A stretch of 64,000 bases of DNA, taken from NCBI GenBank assembly GCA_035084275.1, contig CM068742.1:96286001-96350000 (forward strand), read 5' to 3'. This DNA comes from Hydrolagus colliei. Its lineage: Eukaryota. The translations under genes were made by a program, and so were the position numbers. Position 1 is the stretch's first letter; the number at the start of each line of letters is the position of its first letter. Below, one piece after another: positions 1-12,345 of the stretch. The notes under the pieces are model-generated. The model did not search any database and was not told the DNA's origin. It worked only from the letters and a program-made list of their open reading frames with translations.

Positions 1-149
1 TTTCTCTCTTCAAGGACAGTACTGTAATCGTAAAAAGTATAAGGGAGGTGATAGATTTTAAAACTACAAAAATATCTACTTCTAATAGAGGAAATTTAGA
101 GGCTGTGGGTTTAGAAATTCTAAACTGCGAGCTAAAAAAAGACAACAGG

Positions 150-530
150 GGTTGTTTTGAGGAAAGAGGAGGTCGGAGAGGTAGCGGGGTGCAGAGGAGT
201 GGAGAGATTTGAAGACAAGAGTGAGGATCTTGAAATAGATCCTCTCCGGGACAGGGAGCCAGTGAAGTCTGGCAAGGACTGGGGTAATGGGGAAGCGAAG
301 GTTGGTGTGGGTGAGAATGCGGGCGGCAGAATTCTGTATGAGCTGGATTTTATGGATTGTGGTGGAAGGGAGACTGGTGAGGAGGGCATTTGAGTATTCC
401 AGCCGAGAAGTGACTAAGGCATAGACCAGACGTTCAGTGGCTTTTGTGGCAAAATATTGCTGGAGACGAAGGGCAATTGTAGGTCGAACCTGATGCCAAG
501 ATTGCGTACGGGTTCGGAGAGTTTAATGTT
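150..530 (-). mobile_element. L2 ORF2 C-terminal fragment
   Basis: EPVRNLGIRFD; close similarity to 30480-30850. Confidence 0.85.
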
Positions 531-1208
531 AACGTGGATGATTGTTTTTTCAAAACAAATGTGAAGATATGTTATCAATCCAGAGAGTCTTGCCTGATGT
601 TCCTTATAAGATTTTCGACCAAAGATCATCAGGGGTTTACCTGTCGTAAAGGTAATGAATGAATCTATAAAGATTTCGCAATCTTAAGTCTAATTCTATT
701 TGTACTCATTAAGCTTTCATAAACAGAAAGTAACGTACATTGGTAGAATACTTTCTTTTAATAGATTGACCGTAAACTTAAGAACTGACTAGAATAAATT
801 ATTTGAAGAGCACAATGCTGAATCTAGGAGCTCATCCATTTTACTTAAAATCCCCAAAGAACCTTAATGATAAGTTCCTCATCAAAGTCAATCTGATAAC
901 TCTGCTCATTACAGTATAATATTGTCTTGGAATTGCTTGTGGTGATAATGTGGCAGAGTATATGAATGCCTTTTACTATACAAGCACAAAGTTAAAATGA
1001 TCACTGCAATAATTAAAGGAGTAATTAAAACATCTTGAATTGCAATGTGGGATTCTCTGCCACGAATCCTATTTGAAAAACAAACCATAAACAACTTTAA
1101 AAGAGCATTAGATAAATTCTGGAGGAGGATAAAATTTTAAAGGATTATGCAGAGTGAGCAGAAGAACCAATTAGAAGGAACACAAGTGCAGACTTGATGT
1201 GCCAGATG

Positions 1209-1515
1209 ATAATAATAATCTATGCATTTGATACAGCGCTTTTCACATCTTCTAGACATCTCAAAACGCTTCACAGAATATATAGTACTGTGAAGTGAAC
1301 TGACTGTGAAATGAAAGGCAGCAGCCAATTGCACACAGCAATGTCCCATAAACAGTTGAGGATAAAAGTGACCAGTCTATTATTGTTTTTTTGTTGAGGG
1401 ATTATTATTAGGCATGTGGAGTAAGGAAACTTGCCTAAGATTTCATCCTGCTAGGAATCGAAACCAGGTCTCTCACTTGTGAGGCGAGTGCTCCAACCAT
1501 TGAGCTACAGGACTC
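1209..1515 (-). mobile_element. tRNA-derived SINE, short subfamily
   Basis: Head GAGTCCTGTAGCTCA..GG with B-box; body CTTAGGCAAGTTTCCTTACTCC; L2-like tail ending in (ATT)n. Confidence 0.9.
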
Positions 1516-2329
1516 CTGTTTGTGACCTGCAGCATTCTGCAAATCTATCATGCAATTATTTGTGTCCTTCGTATTGTAAATTCTTAGCACAATGTGTACT
1601 ATGTGCAATCTTACATTCGTATTAGATTATTATGTATTTCACATCATTTAGAATTCTCAAAGTATGTCAGAGTCAAATAGGAGCCTGAGTTGTTGTTGAG
1701 GGGTGGCTGAGGAAGCTGGGTGGGCAGGAAGGGAAAGGTGACTAAAAGTACAGTTAATAGAAAGGTTTTATCACAGCCAATATAATTTTTCTAATTATTA
1801 TTTAAATTGTATAACATTTCTCCCAAAACATAGTGGGTGGCGCATGCAACCATATGATCTTACAAATAACAGTAATTAAGGTGCTATAATATTTACAAGG
1901 GTGAATGAATTTATTACAGTGAATTTGAAAAGGGATTATCTAATCTGCATGTCTCTCTGTTGCTTCCTTTGAGTTGTTCAAATATATCCATTAATAGTTT
2001 TGATTTCAGGCCTATGTGAACTATAAACATGCCTCTCAATGTGTTGACTGAAATGCCCCATATACAACATAAATCAATAGATTCTACATTATCATCTGTA
2101 TTCTTTTCTTTTCCATTAAAGTTTGAATCAATCATTCTTGTTGACTTTTGATTCAGCTTCAAACAACAATTGTACAATTGTGAAATTACATATGAACACA
2201 AATCATGAAAACATAACCCAACTAAAACGTTCACTGCAGTTTACACTATATGGGATATAGAATCTAACCAAGTGTAATTTTGTTTGGATTTTATAGTTTA
2301 TGCTATGCTTATCTGTGATTATCATCGGT

Positions 2330-2595
2330 GGTTAGTTTGTCATTCTTTCTGCCCCTAGGCGTTGGAACTCCATCCCACAGTACCTTCGCTTTGCTCCTTT
2401 GCCTTCTTCAAGGCCCATCTCAAGTCCCTCCTCTTCAACTGGAACTTCAGTCACCTTCCTGCCCTCACCCTCTTCCCTCCACCCCTCCTGATCCCAACCC
2501 CTAACCCAGGTGCAAATCCTTGACTATTCAGTGTCTTGGGATGTCCTCCCAATGTGAAGGGTGCAACAATTGTGATTTGTATGAATGTTGTTGCT
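2330..2595 (+). mobile_element. L2 3' end
   Basis: tggaactccatccc...ttcaaggcccatctcaag...gggatgtcctcccaatgtgaaggg, followed by a TTG tail. Confidence 0.8.
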
Positions 2596-2611
2596 ATTGC
2601 AGTAATCTATC

Positions 2612-2923
2612 GAGTCCTGTAGCTCAGTGGTTAGAGCACTTGCCTTACAAGTGTGAGACCTGTGTTCGAATCCAGGCAGGTCAGGGCGAAACCTTGGGCA
2701 AGTTTCCTTACTCCACATGCCTAATAATAATCCCTCCCCCCAAAAATAATAAAAATTGGTCAATTCAATCCACGACTGTTTGTGGGACACTGTTGTGTGC
2801 ATTTAGCTGCTGAGTTTCGCCCACAAATATAGAGCAATTCACTTTATAGTATATTCTGTGAAGCGCTTTGAGACGCCTAGAAGACGTGAAAAGCGTTATT
2901 TCAAATGCAAGGATTATTATTAT
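2612..2923 (+). mobile_element. tRNA-derived SINE, full length
   Basis: A-box TAGCTCAGTGG, B-box GTTCGAATCC, L2-type tail with (ATT)n. Confidence 0.95.
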
Positions 2924-3957
2924 CTGAAGACTTCAAGAACTGGTGAGGAGAGAAATTCAATTGTAAACTGAAAGAATGAATACCAATGAATTTCTCCTTT
3001 CACAAGTGTTATACTGTTGGAAATAAACCATCCAACTGAATGCAACATGAAATTATTTAAATGATTCTGGTTAAAAATGAAAATGAGCTACTCGACCTTT
3101 ACCAATGAAAGAGTTGTTATTGCCGGGAGCAAACTTGCGTAAAAATAAACACTTTTCGAACCAGATGAACTTGCAACTTAGCCCCAAGGGAGGTCCTGGC
3201 TCATCTTAGGCACCAAGTACAGATAGAGAATATCATCCCAGGTCACCTTCATCCACAACTTAGTAACTCACCATAGAGTGGTCCATCACTAAGTCTTGTG
3301 ACTGGCGATGATTTTGCTGGTGGAAAAGAAAGGGCAGAGATAAACAGTCTCTGAAAAGAGAGGACATTAGCCTCAGTTTAGAATAAAAACATAATCGATA
3401 AATACACTCAAATAAATAGTTCCAATCCCATTTTAAATTAACTAGAAACATGTGCAAGTTATAGCATTTCAGACCAACAACAACTTGTATTTATATAGCG
3501 CCCTCCACGCCGGGCAGCATCTCAGAGTACTCCTGGACGCTACCCTGGTGAAGGGAGTTATAAAAATGTAAGTTGCTGTTCAAGATGTTGCTGTTTGCAT
3601 TGTAATTGTAGCAGCTGGAAGCACTGTGAAAATGATAGAGATGAGTACGCTAAGAGTATGTATCAGAAATATCATATGCAATTCTGTCAATTGACCTGCT
3701 GCATTATTAATGTGAAGTGATCATTGGATCAGAATTTATGTTTGAATAATTTACTCTCATAGTATGACATGTTCTGTGTATCCAATATGTTGTCTTGACT
3801 TCTGTGATATGCTTTGTACTCAGTTGTAGTTCCAGTCATAGGTGGTTGAACTAAGTTAGCGGTCAGGAACTGAAGGGAGTCAGTCTGATGACGTGCGGCA
3901 TTACAAGTGCCAGGCTCTGAACATCAGCAGAACGTGAATCAAAGCTTTATATTCTGT

Positions 3958-4320
3958 GGTGTCCTGTGGCGTGTTGGATAGAGCACTTGCCTCACAAAGG
4001 GCACTGAGTCAATGAATCAAGGGTATTGATTCCCAGGTAAGGTGAAACCTTATGCAAGTTTCCCTACCCGCACGCACACTTTTGTTACCTAGCAGCAACT
4101 AGGAACCCAGTTGTTAGTCAATTAGCAGATTGCTTTCCAGGGGTAATAATTCTTCCAATAAAATAAAAAATATGGACACTCAATCCACACTGTCGTGCGT
4201 AATTTCCTGTTGCATTTCGCCCACAAAATACACAGTCGATTCATTTTACAACATATTCTGCGAAACGCTTTCAAACATCTCAATGAGATGATAAGGCACT
4301 ATATCAAATAATGATAATAA
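3958..4320 (+). mobile_element. tRNA-SINE, long subfamily (extra segment ttacctagcagcaactaggaacccag)
   Basis: The same extra segment occurs in copies at about 38350-38718 (-), 45384-45690 (-) and 59128-59410 (+). Confidence 0.85.
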
Positions 4321-5329
4321 TGCATAACAATTGTGCCTTCTGTATATTTTTGGAATATATAGTGCTATAATTCACATTATGCCAATACAAACCCTGTAAT
4401 TTCTCTCTAAAATAATAATAACAATCCTTGCATTTGATATAACGCTTTCCTGCCTTTAGATGTCTCAAGGCGCTTCGTAGAATATACTGTAAAGTGTCTG
4501 TACAAAGGAGAGATCATTTTACTTTAAATAAAAGGGGGTTGATCCGCTAATTCTCTCTATTTTAGAGAGAAATATCAATCCATCACTGTTTGCGGGACAC
4601 TGCTATGTGCAACTGACTGCAGTATTTTGCACATAAAACATACAGTCAATTCACTTCACAGTATATTCTGAGAAGCACATTGATATCTCTCGAAGACGTG
4701 ATAAGATACTATAGCAAATGCAAGCATTACTATTATTATTGTTACCACATAGAATTTCCCTTTGCAGTCTTTCAGTAACTCCTATCTACAGGTTAGTGAA
4801 TGCCTTAGCCAGGTCTTAGCTCTATCTTTCATTTTGAAAATAAGCACAAAGGAAATCTTTTAAGAAACTAACTGCCTCTGCAAAGATAGGACTGCAGTCA
4901 TCAGTTCACTTGTTATTTGACTAAGACACTTATATCACATATAAACGAGGACGAACAACCACTTGAATTAATGTACGTTTAATCATAAGCACATAAGAAA
5001 GCATGGAACTCCAATAGGCCATTCTCAACCTGCCCCTCCACAGACACACTTCCCTTGGCAATAGACTCTCAGATTTTTAAAGAACTAAATTAGATCCATC
5101 TTCAATATTTTGTTAATCTAATTGATGAATTCAACTCAGACAATGTTTCTACAGTGTTTGTCAGATACAAGTAATGTTTCAGTGTGTTGTTGCATATTAC
5201 TTTAAGGACCTAAATTGTAATTGAATATAGATGATGCAAGGATAAAAGGATTCTGAGCAAATTTGAAAGAGGTTGATTTGTAAAATTGGAATTAAAGAAC
5301 CAAATTAATCTACATTAATAGATTACTGG

Positions 5330-8300
5330 AATCCTCCGTCGGGCTCACCGTGGCACTCGGCGCTGGCTGTCCAATAGCAGTCACACCAAGTGCCCTGTCC
5401 CCCACCATCACCGCCAGCCCCACCGGACACAAACCCGGGGGGTCAACCTCTCCTCCCTTATTCAGATCCCCACCCTCCCCGCCGACCATCACAGTCCCCC
5501 CTCACACCCCTCAGCCAACTGCTTTTTCCGCATCGGCCTCCAAAATGTCCGCTCTGTCTGCAACAAGGCACTGGCCATCAACAATCTCATCCTTGGTGAG
5601 AATGTTGACATCATGGCCCTGACGGAGACTTGGATCACCCCAGGCGACACTTTCCCCCTTGTTGAAGCCACACCACCCAACTACACATTCCACCATGCTC
5701 CTCGACCCAACCGTTGTGGCGGTGGTGTGGCCCTCATCTCAAAGTTATCCCTCGCCCTATCCCCCTATTCCTCCGGCTCCTTCCCCTCTTCCGAACAACT
5801 CACCCTCTCTCACTCCTCCCACAATTCTTTCAAAATCCTATTAGTTTATCGCCCCCCAAAACCCTCCCCCACTTTCATTTCAGACTTTTCTTCACTTTTA
5901 ACTTCCCTTTGTGCCTCCTCTGATCGCCTTATTATTCTTGGTGATTTCAACCTCCATTTCACCCCCTCCTGCCCCATTTCCTCTGAATTTTCCTCTTTAC
6001 TTTCGTCTTTCAACTTCTCCCTTCATATTAACACTGCCACCCACACTCACGGCCATCCTCTCAATCTAGTGATCACCCGAGGCCTCAACGTCTCTGGCGT
6101 CACCATCACAGACAAGGCCATTTCCGACCATTTTTTCATTCCCTCCCCCCTCCACTTCCAAACCCACCACCATCTTCTACCGGCCCTGGAAGAAGATTCC
6201 CCCTCAAACTTTCACCTCTGCCCTAGAAATCTCCGACCTCTTCCCACAATGGCATTCTTTTTGTACCGACCCATCATCCGCCTCCACCGCCCTCCACAAC
6301 ACCCTCTCCACTACCCTTGACACCCTGGCCCCCTTCACCTCCAAAACCGTCTCCCATTCCCGATCATCACCGTGGTACACAACTCACCTCCGTTCCCTCA
6401 AAAGCCAAGTGAGAGCAGTTGAACGCACCTGGCTCAAATTTGGCCTCACGGTCCACCGGCAAATCTGGCTGGACCGCATCAAATTTTACCGCTCCGCCCT
6501 AGCCACCGCCAAATCAGCCTTCTACTCCAGGATAATCCTGGAAGCGAAGGACAACCACCGCCTCCTCTTCGCCACCACCAACCAGCTCCTCCGCCCCCCC
6601 CCCCCCCCCGCCTCACCTCGCAGATCCTCTCCTCAAACGTTCGTTGTGAGGAGATGCTGGATTTCCTCGAGTCCAAAATTGAGAAAATCCGCTCTGCGGT
6701 TTCCTCCCCCCACCACTCCTCCACCTCCGCGCCCTCATCAGCTACCTCAACCCCTACTCACCCCCCATTTCACACTTTCAACCCCACCACCCCGCTTTCA
6801 GTCACAAAAACAATTACCTCCATGAAACCCACCACGTGCTCATTGGACCCCATCCCCACCCCCCTCCTCCGCACCCAGCTCCATTTGTTAGCCCCGCTCA
6901 TTTCTGACACCATTAACCTTTCCCTCTCCTCAGGAACCGTCCCTACCTCCCTTAAAACAGCCACCATCACCCCTATCCTGAAGAAACCCTCCCTTGATGC
7001 GTCGCAACCATCAAGTTATCGACCCATCTCCAACCTCCCGTTTCTATCCAAGATCCTTGAAAGAGTGGTTGCCTCCCAGCTCCGCTCTTTCCTTTCAAAT
7101 CACTCACTTCTTGAACCCCTCCAATCAGGTTTCCGCCCTATCCGCAGTACAGAAACTGCCCTGGTTAAGGTCACAAATGACATCCTAACCGCCTGTGACC
7201 AGGGCTCCCTTTGCCTCCTCGTCCTCCTTGACCTGTCTGCTGCGTTCGACACAGTCGATCACACCATCCTCCTTCAACGTCTTTCCTCCCACCTCTACCT
7301 TCAAGGCACAGTCCTTGAATGGTTCCACTCTTATTTGACCCACCGTTTGCATTTTGTTTCTTCCAATGGTTTTTCTTCAAACCCCCGCACATGCGGATGA
7401 CACCCAGTTGTACCTTTCTGCCTCATCCCTCAACCCCCAGACGATCGATGTTCTGACAGCATGTCTGTCCGACATCGAGTCCTGGACGAGGGACAACTTT
7501 TTGCAATTGAACGTGAGTAAGACCGAGGCCCTCCTGATTGGCTCAAGCCAGCGCCTCCGCACATCGGGCGCTGCCAGCCTCAACATCCAAGGTTGCACTC
7601 TCCACCTCACAAAGCCAATCAGGAACCTCGGCATCATGTTTGATCAAAAACTTTCCTTCCTCCCCCACATCCGCGCCTTGACTGGCACCGCCTATTTCCA
7701 TCTGCGCAACATTGCCAGGCTCCGTAATTATCTTACCCCCGCGCTGCCGAAACACTCGTGCATGCATACATCACCTCACGGCTGGATTACGGAAATTCTC
7801 TCCAAGTCGGCCTCCCCAGTTCCTCCATTCATAGGCTGCAGGCCATCCAAAACTCTGCAGCCCGTGTACTATCCCGCACCCGCCTCCGCGACCACATAAC
7901 CCCCACCCTCGCCCGTCTCCACTGGCTCCCCATCCTCCAGAGGATCGAGTTTAAGATCCTCATCCTCACCTACAAGGCCTTACATGGCCTTGCCCCATCC
8001 TACTTAACCGATCTACTCTCCCTCTACACGCCCACCCGGACCCTCCGTTCAACAGGACTTGGCCTGCTCCAAGCCCCCCGCCCGAACCGCTCCACCATCG
8101 GAGGCCGGGCCTTCAGTTTCTCCGCTCCCACCTTATGGAATGCCATCCCTCAATCCCTCCATTTCGTCTCTTCCCTTTCCTCTTTCAAGGCCGGTTTGAA
8201 GACTTTCCTCTTCGATCGTGCCTTTTGTTCCACCCCGAACTCTTTTACCTCCCCTTCGTGTTTCACCCCTTCCCAAACACTCCCCTCCCAGCTCGGGTCA

Positions 8301-8389
8301 CACGCCTCTTGTGCAGCGACTTGGGACGTCCTCCCGACGTGAAAGGCGCTCTATAAATGTAAATTGTTGTTGTTGTTGTTGTTGTTGTT
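5330..8389 (+). mobile_element. L2-clade LINE, ~3 kb, 5'-truncated ORF2 pseudogene (APE endonuclease + RT) with 3' stem-loop and (TTG)n tail
   Basis: APE motifs ALTETW, GGGVA, LVYRPP, IILGDFNLH, SDH; RT motifs YRPISNLPFLSKILE, QSGFR, LLDLSAAFDTVDH, ADDTQLY; C-terminal LHWLP..RIEFK; frameshifts split it over five ORFs. Confidence 0.95.
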
Positions 8390-9607
8390 ACATTGTGTTT
8401 TGGGGTTAAATAACATTGCATGTGTGAAAATTGAATGTTGACTAACAACAACAACAACAACAACTTCGATTTATATAGCGCCCTCCACGCCGGACGGCGT
8501 CTCAAGAGTGTCTAATAAGCTGTAGCCCCATCTAAATTAGTAGCACAATTTGCAACACTTTCATAAACTAAAGCAAAATAGACACAACTCAATGCTTCCA
8601 TACAAAAGACGTCAAGAATTAATACTAGAGAATTTTGTGGTGAATCGGAGAATACAAAGACACAGCCAGTGGCGCTCTCTGCTGGCTATAATGAAATTTT
8701 CAATTCAGCAACAAACTTCAAAGAAAATATTCAATGAATTATCAACACAATTTTTATGTTAATTTGTAGGCTTAGGACATACAGCATCTGGTGAAAGTCA
8801 AGTATATTATTTGCTCCTTATATTTGCCAGGTCAAAGATCTCAATAAATATTAATTTTACTTTTTGAATAATTGAGGCCGGCAAATTTGCTGATGTGGGT
8901 GAAGTGCTACAGTATTCTCCAGTCACTTCCATAAATATGGCCTTTCGCTCTGAAAAATAAATGCAACACTATTTTAAAGTGGCACTATACATGTAAATTT
9001 AAATTATAATTTTAAAAATGCATGGCCTTTATTTATAAACGCACATGGCAACATTTGCTGAACATATGTGCCAGTGTAAAACAGATTTAGCTTAATGGAA
9101 TGCACTGAGTGAAATGATCATCTACAATTTTCAAACCTTTCCACCTTGAGTACGATACATTCTGGCCCTCAATTTGATGAAACGATGAACAGAATTGTCC
9201 AGCCAAAATGATTTTCTGTGTGTGACGAGCTGCATGTTGGATGTTGGATATAAGAAAGGAAAAATAGAGATTAATAGAGAAAGCTAAATCAAATGCAAAT
9301 TGCGTGATAGCTAACAGCCCCTCAGGTTTGGGTTAAGCATCTTCTAGGGCATTAATGATATTAGCCAAGAGTGCACTATCTAATGTAATCTAAACCTGTC
9401 AGTAAATTAATCTGATGTTGTGTTATACAGTAACTTGGTTAAGATCTTGGCCTTGGCCAGGGTGGGATAGATGTGAGGTTAAGACTGGAGGAATCACAAT
9501 TGATTTGAAACAAATGTCCTGCTTAAATGTTACTTTTTTTTTAATTGCACCTAATGCCTTTGGGGAGTGTTCATCAGCATAACACACAGCCATTTCACTT
9601 CACAGTA

Positions 9608-9989
9608 CAGTAAAAGCTTGGTTATCCGGCACCCAACCAACCGGAATGCTCAACCAACCGGTATCTCCCAATACAATTCACCATTCCAGCAACTGGATCT
9701 TATACCGGAGCCATCCGGCACACTCACGGTATGCTCACTTTGCGCATTCGTGCGCATGCGCACTTATTAAACTTACCGAACATGATTTTACTGAGTGTGT
9801 TGGAATGCTTTATTGGTAAGTATCCATACAATATCCTGTTATTATTTAGTCTATTATTAATATGGTATGTTTTAAAATAAGTAAATTTTTTGTGTAGGAT
9901 TTTTGGCAACTTACTGCTTGAATATCCGGCATATCTAATTAACCGGCACCGGTCGGGTCCCAAGGGTGCCAGATAACAAAGTTTTACTG
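9608..9989. mobile_element. Tigger/pogo-type (Tc1-mariner superfamily) MITE
   Basis: TIRs CAGTAAAAGCTTGGTTATCCGGCACCC / GGGTGCCAGATAACAAAGTTTTACTG; TA target duplication; splits a SINE tail. Confidence 0.9.
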
Positions 9990-10322
9990 TATATCCTGTG
10001 AAGCCCTTTGGGATGTTCTCCCAAAGTGAAAAATGCTACACCCTAATACAAGGATTACTATTATTATAGTTCCCTAGACAGGAATCTCCTTCAAATAATT
10101 TCAAAGAATTCCAGTTAACTCAAATGTTTATTTTATTTAAATAACTTTGATGGGCAACCGCGCCTCAGAGTTTGACTTTGTTCAATCTTTAGCAGTCCAT
10201 ATTAAAAGGGGGAGGTAATTGATCTAACTTGTTATTTGGTCAACCTGGGGCCTGATACATGCGGAAACCCAGTGCTATTCTTAAGAGTATCCATAACAAA
10301 CTAAGAATTCCACCTACACTTG

Positions 10323-10644
10323 GAGCTCCTGTAGCCCAGTGGTTAGAGCACTCACCTTAAAAGTGTGAGACCTGTGTTCGAATCCAGGCAGGTCAGGGCG
10401 AAACCTTCGGCAAATTTCCTTACTCCACATGCCTAATAATAATCCATCACAAAAACCACAATAATAAAAGTTGGTCATTTCAATCCACGACTGTTTGTGG
10501 GACACTGTTGTGCATAATTGGCTGCCGCGTTTCGCCCACAAATATACAGTCAATTCACTTTACAGTATATTCTGTAAAGCGCTTTGAGACGTCAATAAGA
10601 TGTGAAAAATGCTGTATCAAATGCAAGGATTATTTTTATTATTA
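10323..10644 (+). mobile_element. tRNA-SINE, full length, inserted into an older repeat
   Basis: The flanks (ttaagagtatcc...cacctacac | atggaatttccagagat) are contiguous in the copy at about 12440-12720. Confidence 0.92.
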
Positions 10645-10979
10645 GACATGGAATTTCCAGAGATATTTGTTGGAAAGAACGCACACTCTCTCCCTGGAGG
10701 GACACATCCGGAAAGTAGTAGGCGCAGGTTGGTAGGAACCAAGGTTTTTAGAACTTCTTTGGTATTTTACTCAGTTATAAACCACTTGGTGGCGCAAGAG
10801 AGCATGATATAGCAATGTGCATACATATCGATTCCTCTGCACCAAAAGGGAGACTCCAAAAAGGAATCTGCGATTAATTTTCATTGTAATTATTTGTTGA
10901 CAACTATTAAAGAATTTATTTTTCTTGCTGCAAACTTGTTGTTCTGCAAAATGTTTTGGCCTCTTTTGGTTTTATTGTC

Positions 10980-11355
10980 TAGGTCAGCCTGGTAGCACTT
11001 TCACCTCTAAATCGGAAGGTTGTGGCTTCAGAATATGGCCTTTGAACTATATAAACCAGACCTTCGCTTGAAAACAATGTCAGGGAGTACTGCATTGCTG
11101 GTGTCATCCTTCAAATGAAAAGTTACATCGAGGTTCCGTCTACCAATTCAGATGGACATAAAATATCCCATTGCACCATTTGAGATTGTCCTTGTTGACA
11201 CACATAAGTTAATTTCATTAATAGCCATTAATTTCATGGCTGATTGCTGCATTTGCCACAAAATACACGGTCACGGTAAATCACGGTAAATCCTGTGAAG
11301 TGCTTGGAGATGTTCTCATGACTTGAAAAAATTTATGTCAAATGCAAGTATTATT
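10980..11355 (+). mobile_element. Older DeuSINE-like element (related pieces at about 21860-22060, 28450-28680, 35560-35830, 40900-41220, 43220-43600, 53100-53460)
   Basis: tRNA head ggtagcactttcacctct..gaaggttgtg, core cagggagtactgcattg...ttcagatggacataaaatatcccattgcac; resembles the Deu domain from recall. Confidence 0.7.
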
Positions 11356-11537
11356 TTTATGAGGATTCTTTGATGTGTATTCTTATCCTTCTGATTAGCA
11401 GGTTAGGACCCTATTAATCATAAACATTAATATAGTTAAAAATGGTTCCAGATTTATTTTTCAGATTTGAACAGATGAAGCATTTCTCCATTTGAAACAT
11501 GGTACTGTAGTACAACATACGTGGGATTGCAGTATTA

Positions 11538-11670
11538 CAGTAAAAGCTTGGTTATCCGGGACCCAACCAACCGGAATGATCAACCGGTATCTCCCAATAC
11601 AATTCACCATTCAAGCAACCGGATCTCATACCGTAGCCATCCGGGGTATGCTCACTTTGCGCATGCGTGC
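11538..11670. mobile_element. Left arm of the same Tigger-type MITE
   Basis: Matches 9608-9760. Confidence 0.88.
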
Positions 11671-11916
11671 CAGGCAGGGTGAAACCTTGGGCAAGTTTCC
11701 TTACTCCACACGCCTGATAATAATCCGTCAAGAAATAATAATAATAAATTGGTCATTTCAATCCACAACTGTTTGTGGGATACTGTTGTGCGCAATTGGC
11801 TGCCACGTTTTGTCCACAAATATACAGTAAATTCACTTTATAGTATAATCTGTGAAGCACTTTGAGACATCTAGAAGACATGAAAAGCGCTATATCAAAT
11901 GCAAGGATTATTATTA
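11670..11916 (+). mobile_element. Headless tRNA-SINE fused to a MITE left arm
   Basis: Begins at caggcagggtgaaacc; tail intact. Confidence 0.9.
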
Positions 11917-12099
11917 GTACTTCCGTGTCTGACCCCTAAATGCACAAGAATCAATAATGAATGTCCTTGACTGTGATGTGGATTGAACCATGTCATATAA
12001 ACAACCCTTGTGAGCAACAATTTGTAAATGTCAAGGAATCACTTTACAAATCATTTGGTTAAGATGTAGTGTACGGACTATTAGTAACATGATTATTAC

Positions 12100-12345
12100 A
12101 AGGCAGAGTGAAACCTTGGGCAAGTTTCCTTACTCCACAAGCCTGATAATAAACCCTAAAAATAATAATAAATTGGTCATTTCAATACACGACTGTTTGT
12201 GGGACACTGCCGTGCACAATTGATTCCGTGTTCTACCCACAAAATACACAGTCAATTCACTTTACAGTAGTATATTCTGTGAAGCACTTTGAGACGTCTA
12301 GAAGATGTGAATAGCGCTACACCAAATGCAAGGATTATTATTATT
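12100..12345 (+). mobile_element. 5'-truncated tRNA-SINE
   Basis: Body and tail match 2612-2923. Confidence 0.9.

Noticed and set aside
2612-2690. tRNA-like genes at SINE heads
   Set aside because: The acceptor stem is incomplete and each runs into a SINE body; they are SINEs, not tRNA genes.
5305-5330. Target-site duplication for the 3-kb L2 (TACATT on both sides)
   Set aside because: Only 6 nt, AT-rich and offset from the apparent 5' end; could be chance.
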